Positions 1-10,965 of a stretch of DNA of 64,000 nucleotides are shown piece by piece. The notes under the pieces are model-generated. The model did not search any database. It saw nothing but the letters and a program-made list of their open reading frames with translations, and was not told the DNA's origin. The stretch is from Macrostomum lignano (Eukaryota), in the NCBI GenBank assembly GCA_002269645.1, contig NIVC01002421.1, positions 1 to 64,000 on the forward strand, in the 5' to 3' direction. Position numbers and translations under genes: made by a program. Position 1 is the first letter of the stretch; each line of letters begins with the position of its first letter.

Positions 1-454
1 CTAACTAAATTCATGTACAATTAGGGGACCGAGTCCCAGTTTGTTATTGCTCAAAACCCCCCGCCGTTGCTAACAAAGCGAAGACACCCCACCGGCGGCG
101 GGGAGGCCAAAAATGCTAATTGGTACAAATAGACGCTCATCTCAAACTGGAGCGGCGCTTCGTTTTTCCTGCGCAGTTTTTCGATCTTGAATTGCTCCAT
201 TTGAATTAGTTTCTGGATTATCCAGTTGACAGAAATCCGAGTCTCAAATCGATTATTTGCCTTAACTGTGACATAGAGCAAATTTTAGAGAGACTCCAAC
301 TCAGATTAGATACTAGGAGATCCCGTCAGTTTATACGGTCTCCTTTGACGGCCTGATAGGAGAGACTAAGAGCTGTAAGAACCTTAGACCGCTAGACATC
401 TATCTTAGGAAAGTGAGAACACGAACTCAAAGGCCCCAGAGGAAGACGCGTATA
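1..454 (+). mobile_element. Y-family LTR-like unit, 3' part (GC-box palindrome, TATA-like TACAAATA at 124, R/U5-like end); truncated by window start
   Basis: Near-identical to 10140-10596 and similar to 4236-4684 and 18350-18810; all four copies end at ...CGCGTATA. Confidence 0.65.
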
Positions 455-744
455 GCCCCAGAGAAAGACGCATATAGTACGCACATCATAATAGACACCA
501 ATTAATACTCTTCCCGTTAAAACGTCGTCAGCAACGTCTTTTACGATACCTATCAACATGCGAATTACCATGCCTCCCATTTCATTGCGCTGTACTCCCA
601 TACTTATTAAGCGACATGCGGATCTAACTATGTTATTAAAGCACAGTGAATTGACAAATTGGCAGGGCGATATGTACGATGAAGATATAATTATAATTAT
701 ATCTTATAAGGCGATATAATTATAATGCTCCTAAAATTGCAGTT

Positions 745-1329
745 ATGGAATGTATCGTCTGCTGCGAAGAGGACATCGAGCCATTCGTTTACTGTCATAA
801 CGGCCATCAATTTTGCTATCACTGCTGTACGACAGATGCGATCGATAAATTCCCGTTATGTCGAGCGCCAGCCACCCGGTGCCAAGTATGTGCCACGACA
901 CCTCAAATAAAACTATGCCACAATCAACATTGGGTGTGCCGCGAATGTGCAAACAATATCCGGCGTACCAACAGTCCAAATTGCATCACTTGTGCGACAC
1001 CCATCACGACGGAATTCTGGGACCAAACACGAGACGACCTGCCGACGATACAGCTAACTAAAGAAGCTATGGACCACATGACCGCACGGGCGCTAGCACT
1101 GACAATAAAAACATGGCCGATACCGTTCAACCGTCAGAAACACAGAGAGTATTTGTTCGACCTAATGCGCCATTGTGTCATACACCCGGACAACACCACA
1201 ACCGAGGAAATCTACCTTGACTTCCTCTATGCGACAGAATGCACGGAATACGTGGCAATACAACATCTGATATGGCCCATGGCACGCCCCACACAAAAAA
1301 CACGAGAACTGACACGCGACATATTCTAA
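745..1329 (+). CDS. Tandem double RING-finger (C3HC4, CxxGH-type) protein, putative E3 ligase
   Basis: CIVC..CHNGHQFCYHC..FPLC then CQVC..CHNQHWVCREC..CITC; paralogous over full length to 1669-2268; intronless. Confidence 0.75.
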   Translation: MECIVCCEEDIEPFVYCHNGHQFCYHCCTTDAIDKFPLCRAPATRCQVCATTPQIKLCHNQHWVCRECANNIRRTNSPNCITCATPITTEFWDQTRDDLPTIQLTKEAMDHMTARALALTIKTWPIPFNRQKHREYLFDLMRHCVIHPDNTTTEEIYLDFLYATECTEYVAIQHLIWPMARPTQKTRELTRDIF

Positions 1330-1668
1330 CTAACACAACAAATCGGACGCTCACAATTAAAACCTTAGTATACTAGGAACATAGCTCCATAAAATTTAAA
1401 TGCTTACACTTACGTCTTCTTCTAACATACCATCCTACTACCTGCCAACCCCGAACAATATTCGAGACCAACACAGGCCGGCCCAAGAAGAGAATGCGCT
1501 ATTTTTCACCAATTAAAACTTAGTGACTACAAGCCAATTAAAACGCGATACGTATCCATATATATATACACGCGAAATTCACTTACGATTTATGCCTTCA
1601 CACATCTTTCTGTAATTCCTAAGAGTTCCATCTTCCATTGTTTTGCTTTTGCCTCTATTTATATCATC

Positions 1669-2268
1669 ATGTCTGAGTGCCCTATTTGCCTTGATCCGGC
1701 CCACGCCATGGTCTCCACCTGCGCCTGGGGCCATATGGCCTGCCGTACCTGCGCCGCCAGGGAGGAACTCCAACATTGCTCCATATGTCGACGGGACAGA
1801 GTGTGGTGTGTCCTGTGTGGACGGCTACCGCAGGTGAAGTTGTGCTCCGACGGCCATTGGGTCTGCAACAGCTGCTTGCGCAGTCTGGCTTGTCGGGCTA
1901 TCGGCTACTGTGTTCAATTTGGTTGGAATTTTCTTTCGACCACCACTGCCATTACGGCCACGATCCCGTATGAGCCTGCTCTATGGCTCGATGCTGACTC
2001 TATCCCGCGACTGACTACGCCGGAATTGGCGCGCGCCATCAAGTCATGGCCCGTTACGATGGCCCAAGCCAGGGCCCGGGACGATATGCTCAGGATCGGC
2101 CGGGACGTACTACTAGATGCGACAATTACGACCGAGATGGAGGCCTACCTCGCCATCCTGAACCGCACCGAGTCCACTGCATATACTCCACTGCAGATCA
2201 TGTTTGGGCCTCTGGCGGCGTTGATAATACGGCTGAAATCCGTTCTTGACGACATTTTCATTGCCTAA
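1669..2268 (+). CDS. Tandem double RING-finger protein, paralog 2
   Basis: CPIC..CAWGHMACRTC..CSIC then CVLC..CSDGHWVCNSC; shares C-terminal motifs (IKxWP, TTExExYL) with 745-1329. Confidence 0.75.
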   Translation: MSECPICLDPAHAMVSTCAWGHMACRTCAAREELQHCSICRRDRVWCVLCGRLPQVKLCSDGHWVCNSCLRSLACRAIGYCVQFGWNFLSTTTAITATIPYEPALWLDADSIPRLTTPELARAIKSWPVTMAQARARDDMLRIGRDVLLDATITTEMEAYLAILNRTESTAYTPLQIMFGPLAALIIRLKSVLDDIFIA

Positions 2269-3075
2269 CTACCGCACTCGTTATGTACTGCTTCTATTCT
2301 GCGACGTATTGACTTCACTAATTATTGCTCTTGCTTATTCTTGTTTAGTGCCTCTTGCGTGTTCTGTACACTACCTTACTTAACCTCTACTATATCTACG
2401 ACTATATACTCATCACCACTTTTCATTGTTCTGTACGTTCTATACTTACTTGCCACTGCAATAAATGAAAACCTCTGTCCGCTTTTACTTAATTTCGATT
2501 GAAATTCGAGACGAATTTTTCGTAAAAAAGGGAGATACTGTAGAGATCTCCAAACACAGTAGCCTACTAAAAGTAGTAACATAAAATTATGAACACAAAT
2601 TTAAAAATAGCTATGTGTCATACTCTATTTTTAGTAATACCAGTCATATCACGCAAACAGCGAGTGACTATGCTATTGTTCGAAAAAACCGGTTCTCGAC
2701 ATCTATTTTTAGAACTTCCAAATATGGTAAATGTTAACCTGAATGTAACCCAAGTCTCACCCTTTTCTATTCAAAAACCCCACCTGTCAAATAATAAAAT
2801 TCCTTTCGTGAACTCATAAAAAACGGTTTTGAGGCTTCCCAGGCTTAAGTGTCTGAAAGTGGAAGTTTTCGGGTGACTGATCACCACCCGATCAAACTCT
2901 TCACCCGCACGTTCCGCCGCACCCGCTACCCCATGTACGCAGAGGATAGAACCAATGTACAGTAGTCCCACTAAGGAATACGATGGGCAGCTGAGAACAC
3001 ACGCCAAACCCCAGACGCGATAATCAATGAATACTCTCGCTTATTTCTTTCCAGCACACACTCCGCACAAAGAAG

Positions 3076-3390
3076 ATGGCCGCCTACACACCAGAAAAGG
3101 CTTACACCCGGCGACCTGGCCAGGCTTTTGTGGACGGAGACCTCCACCTTCGGAAGTGCGTCAAGAAAGACGCACAAACACAGGTCGCCGAGTACGATAT
3201 CGATGGCGGCCACTCCATGGCTAAACAAACGGCCGCCGACTATAACGACTGGGGGGTGATCCTGGCCCCAAGAAAGACTCCATGAGACGGGGGCCCGTAT
3301 GAGGCCGCCGTCACCATTAGGCCACGGCCCTCACCGCAGGGCTACCGCCTATATCTATGGAAGATAGGCGACCGCCCGGTCAAGGACTAA
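3076..3390 (+). pseudogene. DAQTQ-family cargo protein, copy with one nonsense codon (TGG>TGA at 3283-3285)
   Basis: Reading through the stop gives DGGPYEAAVTIRPRPSPQGYRLYLW, matching the intact copy 17364-17693 (WEGGPYKAPVTIRPWPTPQGYRQYLW). Confidence 0.75.
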
Positions 3391-3537
3391 TATCAATAGT
3401 ACTAAATGGCCTCGGCGCAACATATACAAAACAAACTATACGCTTGAAACTTTTGCTCGAAGAATACCCATCCTCTGACACAACCACTTATCTAGCACAT
3501 CCTCTTCTACCCCTAATGCAACGTTCACTACCTTTTG

Positions 3538-3670
3538 CAGATTTCTAACCTCTTATATTTGATGAAATACGCACCGGCAACGCGATTTAGTCCCAGCATA
3601 AAGAACCCAAATCCTTGTTCGCACAAGGATTTCGAAAAAAAGGGGGAATTATATTAGAGTTAGAAATCTG
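3538..3670. other. Conserved stem-loop module D (long outer stem plus inner 10-bp hairpin)
   Basis: CAGATTTCTAAC..TATA / TATA..GTTAGAAATCTG outer arms; inner AAATCCTTGT-TCGC-ACAAGGATTT. Confidence 0.7.
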
Positions 3671-4684
3671 AAGTTTTACCTTAAGTTAGTAGATAGATAG
3701 AAATTTATGAAAAGTCCAGGCGCAGCAAAGGGCGAGGCAGAAGAGCACAATGGTACCCATAGATAGCTATTAGAAGGGCAAACAGAAGCAGCAATAAGGC
3801 AATAAATCAAGACAAATAAGAAGGACCGATTCTAATTAAGCCCCTCCCATTCCAGTGAGCAGCAACACCCCGCCGCAGGAACAACGGCACTCAAACCGGC
3901 CGGAGAAGTAAATTAAGTAGCAGCCCGACTTAGGGAACAACGCAGCACGCGGCACGCAGCAGATTTCTGGCGCACCCAGAGGGAGGAAAATGTGCGGCCC
4001 ACCCACGGACTCCAATCCAACCTGAAGAGGCCGAAGAAGGCGAGATCAACCCGAAGTAGTTGACAACCGAGGGAGAGAGAGAGGGCTGTTTAATCATCCA
4101 TGGACAGAGTTAAGAGACGGAAAATTAAGCTCGTTTTATATAACCTTTCTATCCTAGATTTTATCCAACTCAACACATAGATTTGCGAAACCCCGAATAA
4201 TCTCCAACCTTCACACTTAGCAACCTACTAGAACTAACTAAATCCATGTACAACTAGGGGACTGAGTCCCAGATTGTTATTGCTTAAAACTCCCCGCCGT
4301 TGCTAACCTCGCGAGACACATCACCGGCGGCGGGGGGGGCCAAAAATGCTAATTGGTATAAATAGACGCCCATCTCAAACTGGACCGGCGCTTCGTTTTT
4401 CTTGCGCATTTTCGATCTCGAATTGCTCCCTTTGAATTAGTCTCTGGATTATCCAGTTGGCACAAATCTAAGTCTTTAATACAGTTATTTGTCTTAATTG
4501 TCGCGCAGAGCAAATCCTAGAAAGAGTCAAACTCAGCTTAGATACTAGGAGATCCCGTCAGTTTATACGGTTTTCTCCGACGGCCTGATTGAAGAAGTTA
4601 GAGCTATACAAACCTTAGACCGCAAGACATCTATCTTACGAAAGTGAGAACAAAAACTCAAAGGCCCCAGAGACAGCGCGTATA

Positions 4685-4995
4685 CCCTTTGCAGATTTTT
4701 AACTGCTTATATTTGATGAAATAGGAACTGGCACCACGCCTTAGTCACCGCCTAGAGGAACCAAATTCTTGTTAGCACAAGGATTTCAAAAAAGGGGCAA
4801 TCATATGAGTTAGAAATCTGAACTTTTGCCCTAAGTTAGAAGATAGCTATAAATTTATGAAATGCCCAGGCGCATTGAAGGGCGAGGCAGAAAAGAACAA
4901 TGGAACCCCTAGATAGCTATTAGAAGGGCAGACAGAAGCAGCTTTAAGATAAGTGATCAACTGTCAAGTCACTTTAAATATCCGAATCTAATAAA
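4685..4995 (+). mobile_element. Fragment of a further Y unit (stem-loop D 4692-4820 plus downstream block), fused to Gypsy RT by a deletion
   Basis: Homology to 3531-3800 and 9612-9756; breaks at CCGAATCTAATAAA into RT sequence. Confidence 0.65.
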
Positions 4996-7083
4996 AAGAA
5001 GTGGCGAAACACGAGCTACACATCAAGCCCAACATAGAGATAAAGCTTTACAAAAGATATCCCATCCCATACCAATTAATGGGAGAACTACAGAAAACCA
5101 TCGATAGGATGGAAGCCCAAGGGATAATAAAGAAAGCGGCAACTCCATACATCTCGCCAATCTTACTGGTAAAAAAGAAAGCAGAATCGCCCAATGCTAA
5201 CCCTGTTTACCGTCTCTGCGTCGACTTTAGGGACCTCATTATATTCTAGTGCCTGAAAGACAGTCCATGCCCAGAATCCCCGACCTGCTAGCTAAGCTCA
5301 AAGGCTCCATGTACTTCACCACGTTGGATATGGCCCAAGCATTCTTCCAAGTAGCCCTAGAGGAGGAAAGCCAGAAATACTGCGGCATCTAAACCCCGGA
5401 TGGACAAACCTATGTGTTCACTAGAGCACCCATGGGGTTACAATCTTCGCCTGCGGCGCTATCAAGGGCAGTCAGCATAATCTTACAGGGCATACATTGA
5501 GTCTCCACCTACGTGGACGACCTATTAGTGTTTAATGAGACCTTTGAAGACCACCTCAACACGATAAAAACACGCTATCAGCACTCACTAAGCACGGAAT
5601 GAAACTCAGTTGCTGAAATGCAAATTTGCCAAACCGACACAATCAAGCATCCAATACCATGCCTCCAGGCACTGAAGGACGCACAGAAGGAGGATCCATT
5701 CTGCCAGTACATCAGAGCTATGTGGAACGAGCAACCTGGCGGAGAAGATTTGGACTCAAAATAGAAGCGCCATATTGAACGGCACCTAACAGATCATGCT
5801 GAAATTCTGGGCATTATCCACAGAACGGCAGAAAAAACGCAGCAGATAGTACTGCCATTTAAATATCGCGACACAATTTGCTACTCACTGCACGCCCTAC
5901 CCTTGGCCGCACATCTAGATGTCAAGAAGACCTTGGAGAGGATCCGGCGACATTACTTCTGGATCTCCATGGTCCGAGATATACAAGCATTCTGCGACAA
6001 CTGTATGGACTGTGCCAAAAGCAAGTCCGGCAGGATGCATCAAGGCCTCATTCAGATGTCGGAGATACCACTAAAACCGATGGACAAACTGTCAGTGGAT
6101 CTGGTCGGCCCTATGACACCGGCGAGGATAAGGAACGAGTCGGTAACACATTTTTAACCGTTTCGTGCTGCTTCTCCAAGTTTGCCTTAGCGTTCCCAAT
6201 ACCGGACTTGAAAGCCGAAACCACGGCCGAAACACTCTTCCAAGTGTTCTGTACCTTCGGGATACCCGTAGAACTCTCAACGGATAACATCACCAATTTC
6301 ACGGCGACACTACTCACAGATGCCCTAAATATTCTAGGGATACAGCACATTCTAACGTCACCTTACAACCCTCGAGCAAACCATGTGGAACGCCTTCACT
6401 CCACTCTCCACAATATGCTACGACATTACACGGCGGAGAACCCTCACAATTGGCACCAATACCTACAAGCTATAATCCACGCTTAAAACACAGCCAAACA
6501 AGCGTCCTCTAAATACTCACCATTCGAGATAGTGTTCGCCCGGAAGCCACTAATGCCCACAGAATTAACAACACAACTGCAATTCGTACGATACGCAGAC
6601 GAACCCGCATACGCGGAACGAATGCAAGAGGCTATAACCCTAGCCAGAGAAATAGCCCGTCACCACCTACAAGAAGCTCAAAAGAAAAACACAACAAGGG
6701 CAAACAACAGAAGAGTTCCGACCACGATAACAGTAGGAAGCAGGATAATGCTCCAAAATCCAATGAGACAAGCAAAACATCAATCTAAATTTTCTGGACC
6801 ATACGAGGTGGTTAAATGTAACAGTGCCACTTCGGTGCTGATAAAAAAGACAGATGAACCACCGCAAACAGCCTTCCAGGTACATGTGGACAGGCTGAAA
6901 CCGGTGGCCTCACCAGAAGCGCAAGTCTTCCTCCCCGACCTCCGGCCGTGTGATCCCAACCGCCTGCAAAGACAGCAGAAACAGAAGTTCTCGATGGATG
7001 TCGGCATCCAAGTAGAAGATGGAGCGCCGGCGGACACGGCCAGGAAGAAATACAACCTAAGGAGCAAGACCCACCTTCCGTGA
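4996..7083 (+). pseudogene. Decayed Ty3/Gypsy pol: RT (RNase H deleted) plus integrase
   Basis: SPILLVKKK..YRLCVDFRDL, TLDMAQAFFQV, YVDD (~5510), HHCC zinc finger, DLVGP / STDN / VERLH DDE core, GPY motif, VHVDRLKP, C-terminal YNLR; several stops and frameshifts. Confidence 0.93.
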
Positions 7084-7259
7084 CAATTGATGTCATGGGA
7101 AGGGGGGGGGAGAGTACAAAGACCAAAAACATTCATTTTATACTCGTATATGTACTCAGTTGGTATGCGCTGCACTTAACAGTAGAAACACTCACTATTA
7201 ATTACCAATACATACCTGATTAAAATAATTAAAGCACTGACTTATATCACACACAACAG

Positions 7260-7398
7260 ATGTACGACGCTCAGCTTGACTATTTGGACGATGTCTATAT
7301 CGGCGAGGAGACTTCCCCGAATGGAGACGATCGTCAGACCGCTGTTTCAAGACCCGGAGATTCAAGATGAATGGTCGTCAAAGCAGTGTCATCAGTAG
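7260..7398 (+). pseudogene. Internally deleted remnant of the X cargo ORF P (HNH-like)
   Basis: MYDAQLDYLDDVYIGEETSP start and SSKQCH end match the two ends of 13553-14561. Confidence 0.7.
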
Positions 7399-7768
7399 GT
7401 AAGAAAACACCCATAAAACCCAACCAAATAATCCAAATTTAACAATTAAGCGGACAAATTCACGCTTCACCTGACAATTTATTTTTGATTATTCGTACAC
7501 AGTAGTAGTATAACGTAGTAGTGCTATCAAAGATGGACAGAAACACCAGAAAGTAGCACGCATATGGCTTGTAGTATAAAGTAACATTAGTTCGCACGCA
7601 TGATTCTGCGCATAATAAATCATAGCTTAGACCTGTAGCATACGGCAGTTTTAAAAAAGAAAAGTTAAATAGAACAAATACTAAAAATGCTTATATATTT
7701 CCACAAAAAAAATGTTTTCGTCAATCCTTTCGCATAATAGTTACTTAATTCACTGGCAGGTTCCCATA

Positions 7769-8008
7769 TTAAGCAGATAGGGGCCGATAGCGGTACCGGC
7801 AGCAAAACGCCACAATTAAAACGCAGACAACGAGCAGGAGAAATCCGCCTCCGCCTACTCCGCCCAGCACACCTCGGAGCGCTCGGAGCCCAGAATCCGT
7901 CGCTAGAGCTTGATGGGATAGCTCCCTCACGCGCTCCTCCACGGCCAATAAGCGCCGATCCATCCTTGAGAGTAAGCTAGACAATTGCTCCACAGCATGC
8001 TGCGACAT
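7769..8008 (-). CDS. 79-aa coiled-coil + C-terminal transmembrane microprotein (X cargo)
   Basis: ATG at 8008; heptad-like N-terminus, hydrophobic FLLLVVCVLIVAF, then CC-RYRYR; intact paralog at 14952-15191 with mostly synonymous changes. Confidence 0.8.
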   Translation of the reverse strand: MSQHAVEQLSSLLSRMDRRLLAVEERVRELSHQALATDSGLRALRGVLGGVGGGGFLLLVVCVLIVAFCCRYRYRPLSA

Positions 8009-8296
8009 AGTGCCAACGTCAATCCCGTAAAAGCGTAGACAGTATAAGCAGTCAAATTCTATATCCAACACTCGCCAGCGCCGGGGACTCCCTCTCAATT
8101 AAAACTTATATCAGTCCCAGTGGAGGGAACCCCCCTAATAAAAAATCGATCAGTCCGCGGACCCCAAAACCCCCCAGTAGGGGCAAGAGCGGTAAACAAC
8201 CTCAGCGAAGGCCCGTAAAACCCAACCGCGTACATTGTAGCTAAGGATGTACATTGCCAAATAAGAACCAATACAGTTAAAAATCATTCCAGCACA

Positions 8297-8620
8297 ATGG
8301 CTGACCACGGGTGGCGTGCCTATACAGCACTCGATGCTTATCAGAGGCGACCAGGCACCCGTTTTACTGACGTCAACATACATGGGCGGCCCTGTTACAA
8401 GGCAGACGCCCAAACCCAGGCGACTCCGGAAATTATTGATGGGGGACGCTTAGTGGCCGCTGGAACATCGGACCCCGAAGGGGGAGTCATTAGACTCCCC
8501 AGAAGAGAATGGCCTGGGGGCGACTACGTCCCCGCCCCAGACTACGAATGGCCAACGCTCCAGACGCACCGCATGTTCGTCTGGCGCAACCCCAACAAAG
8601 CACCCCCAAATAACAACTGA
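8297..8620 (+). CDS. DAQTQ-family cargo protein (107 aa), unknown function
   Basis: Intact ORF; four paralogs share YxRRPGxxFxDxxxHxxxCxKxDxQTQxxxxxxDGG; synonymous-biased divergence versus 15476-15805. Confidence 0.8.
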   Translation: MADHGWRAYTALDAYQRRPGTRFTDVNIHGRPCYKADAQTQATPEIIDGGRLVAAGTSDPEGGVIRLPRREWPGGDYVPAPDYEWPTLQTHRMFVWRNPNKAPPNNN

Positions 8621-8679
8621 TCGTGCTAACTTAAATTCTAAATAACCTACATTAAATCAAGATATTACGTGACAAATAT

Positions 8680-8797
8680 TAATTTCTAACCCTATATCGT
8701 TCATATTCTTGCGCTATTTCATTTCAGATTCAGGAGATTAATCCTCGTTGCACAAGGATTTCAAAAAAAGGGGGAATAATATAGGGATTAGAAATTA
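8680..8797. other. Stem-loop module D, X-family version
   Basis: TAATTTCTAACCCTATAT / ATATAGGGATTAGAAATTA outer arms; inner AATCCTCGT-TGC-ACAAGGATT. Confidence 0.7.
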
Positions 8798-9300
8798 TGA
8801 AAGTTGGGACAAATAAGAGTTCGCTAAAGGGCAAAGTAAGAAGCAAAAAAAAGCAAGGGGCGAAAGTTCAATTTAAAGATAAGACACCTAAGTGAGAGAA
8901 ATTAAAGAACGGCAAGAAAGTGAAACAAGCTATAGATAAGAAACTAACTCTGACTTTCCCCCAAGATTTCAGACTAAAACCAGATGATATCAAATCGGCC
9001 GAGGTACCAGGCTGAGCCAGTCGGCGCGGTGCCAGGAGAAGCAATACGACACAAAGCCCGACTGGCGGGCGAGATAAAGCAATGGTCAACAGGCCAAGGT
9101 CAGCGGTGACGAACGACCCCAGGGAATAAGAGGACGACTCACCGAGGGACGCACGAGGGGTCTGACGTACGAATCGACTCGAACGATGAACCCTGAACTG
9201 ACCTTTAACCATCGCCTGATGCGACCAATTAACCGATAGCAGATTATCTCTCTCGCCCCGTAGCAACGCGCTAATCTAATGTTGCTGCGTCTGTTTTGGA

Positions 9301-9360
9301 CACCCCGCCGTTGCTAATCAGCGGCGGGGTATGACGTGTATCAAATAATCTATAAAATAG
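9301..9360 (+). promoter_or_regulatory. Putative Pol II core promoter of X: inverted GC boxes, CRE-like TGACGT, TATA
   Basis: ACCCCGCCG-TTGCTAATCAG-CGGCGGGGT-ATGACGTG..TATAAAATAG; repeated at ~16530-16590 and ~16975-17035. Confidence 0.6.
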
Positions 9361-9611
9361 ACACGGCCTTGGCCCCGAAATGGGCAACGGAGAAAAGAGT
9401 CAGAGTTAAGACTGGAAGTCCTGTGCACTTCACAAAACCTTGAGTTTACTTAATCTTCAGCATTTTTGCCGTAGGCGCGAGTAGTAAGCAGCCTCTAGCG
9501 ATCTCTAGTTGTAAGCCCTCTTAGGCTTCAAGGACAGCGAAAGCAATAGAACAAAACCGCTAGACGACCAAGGAGAGAAGCATAACCGAAGCCCGAGAGA
9601 GGAGTCTTACA

Positions 9612-10596
9612 GAAATTTATGAAAAGCCCAGGCGCAGTGAAGGGCGAGGCAGAAGAGTACAATGGAACCCCTAGATAGCTATTAGAAAAGCAAACAGAAG
9701 CAGCTTTACTATAATTAATCAACTGTCAAGTCAATGTGAATAGCCGAATCTAATAAAGCCTCTTTCAATTCCAGTTAGTAGCGTCACCCCGCCGCAGGCA
9801 CAATGGCGACTAAACCGGCCGGGAAAAGCAAACTGAGCAGCGGCCTGACTTAGAGAACAACGCGGCACGCGGCATCTTCTGGCGCACCCTGAGGGAGAAA
9901 ACGTGAGGCCCACCTAGAGACTCCTACCCAACCCGAAGCTGCCCAAGAAGGCGAGATCAACCCCAAGCTGCCTGACAACCGAGAGAAATAGAGGACTGTT
10001 TAATCATTCATGGACAGAGTGTAGAGACGGAAAACTATGCACTTTTTCTATAATCTTTCTATCCCAAATTTTATCCAACTCAACACAGATTTGCGAAAGC
10101 CCGAATAATCTCTAACCTTCACACTTAGCAACCTATTAGAACTAGCTAAATTCATGTACAATTGGGGGACTGAGTCCCAGTTTGTTATTTCTCAAAACCC
10201 CCCGCCGTTGCTAACAACGCGAAGACACCCCACCGGCGGCGGGGGAGGCTAAAAATGCTAATTGGTATAAATAGACGCTCCTCTCAAACTGGAGCGGCGC
10301 TTCGGTTTTCCTGCGCAGTTTTTCGATCTTGAATTGCTCCATTTGAATTAGTTTCTGGATTATCCAGTTGACAGAAATCCGAGTCTCAAATCGATTATTT
10401 GCCTTAACTGTGACATAGAGCAAATCTTAGAGAGACTCCAACTCAGCTTAGATACTAGGAGATCCCGTCAGTTTATACGGTCTCCTCTGACGGCCTGATA
10501 GGAGAGACTAAGAGCTGTAAGAACCTTAGACCGCTAGACATCTATCTTAAGAAAGTGAGAACACGAACTCAAAGGCCCCAGAGAAAGACGCGTATA
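9612..10596 (+). mobile_element. Y-family unit, right part (TATA at 10266), left side interrupted by X1
   Basis: Begins mid-block GAAATTTATGAAAAG (cf. 3702, 4853) and ends CGCGTATA. Confidence 0.65.
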
Positions 10597-10965
10597 CTCG
10601 GGCTTGCTACACTTATTTGCTTGCCTCGATTCTTATTACGCAGCTGTACATCGGATTGAGTTTCTTTGGAGAGGTTAGTAGATGAAAAATGGTCTTTTCT
10701 TTCGTTCTTTGTGAATTTCAATGTGGGTAGAATAGTTCCATATTCTACAGATGGTTCGGTACCTTACCCATTGATTCGTATTCGTAATGAAAAAAACGGC
10801 TCTTGTTCTTGTCTTGCCTTATCTTGTCTTGCTACAGGCACTTGTTCCCCAGTGTCTAGAAGCGGGAATTTGAGAGTGATTGATCACCAGTCTTAATCTC
10901 TTCAGTAGTTGTTATTAACTGTGACCGTATAAATAGTGACCCTGTTATATTTCAACATAACATTT

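Larger units (their letters stand above)
2960..4684 (+). mobile_element. Y-family LTR-like unit (cargo ORF, stem-loop D, enhancer-like blocks, TATA at 4357, end CGCGTATA); left end not determined
   Basis: Colinear with 17287-18810 and 9612-10596. Confidence 0.6.
7091..9611 (+). mobile_element. X-family long LTR-like unit, copy X1 (internally deleted), directly after the integrase stop
   Basis: Starts TGTCA, ends GTCTTACA; colinear with 13377-16841 apart from a ~0.87 kb deletion joined at TCGTCAAAGC; flanks ATTGA / GAAAT do not match. Confidence 0.75.

Noticed and set aside
51-281. Minus-strand ORF repeated at 10211-10423
   Set aside because: Not open in the other two copies; antisense to the promoter/R region; conservation reflects recent duplication
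315-360. CCGT..ACGG hairpin recalling flatworm spliced-leader 5' ends
   Set aside because: No conserved ATG|GT leader end or Sm site follows
3538-3670. TTGATGA and CTGA / GAAA motifs suggesting a box C/D snoRNA or hammerhead ribozyme
   Set aside because: Motif positions do not fit either architecture and TGATGA is absent in the X version
3600-3790. Minus strand resembles U5 (GCCCTTT loop, U-run plus 3' hairpin), with a PSE-like TCACATTGACTTGACAG at ~9720
   Set aside because: No stable stem around the loop, the U-run lacks the Sm-site A, the PSE-like motif is not shared by X, and the hairpin is nested within the larger D stem
8868-9266. 132-aa minus ORF (MLRGERDNL...) with a partial copy at 16697
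   Set aside because: Non-ATG start; frame not preserved in the X2 copy; lies in the enhancer block
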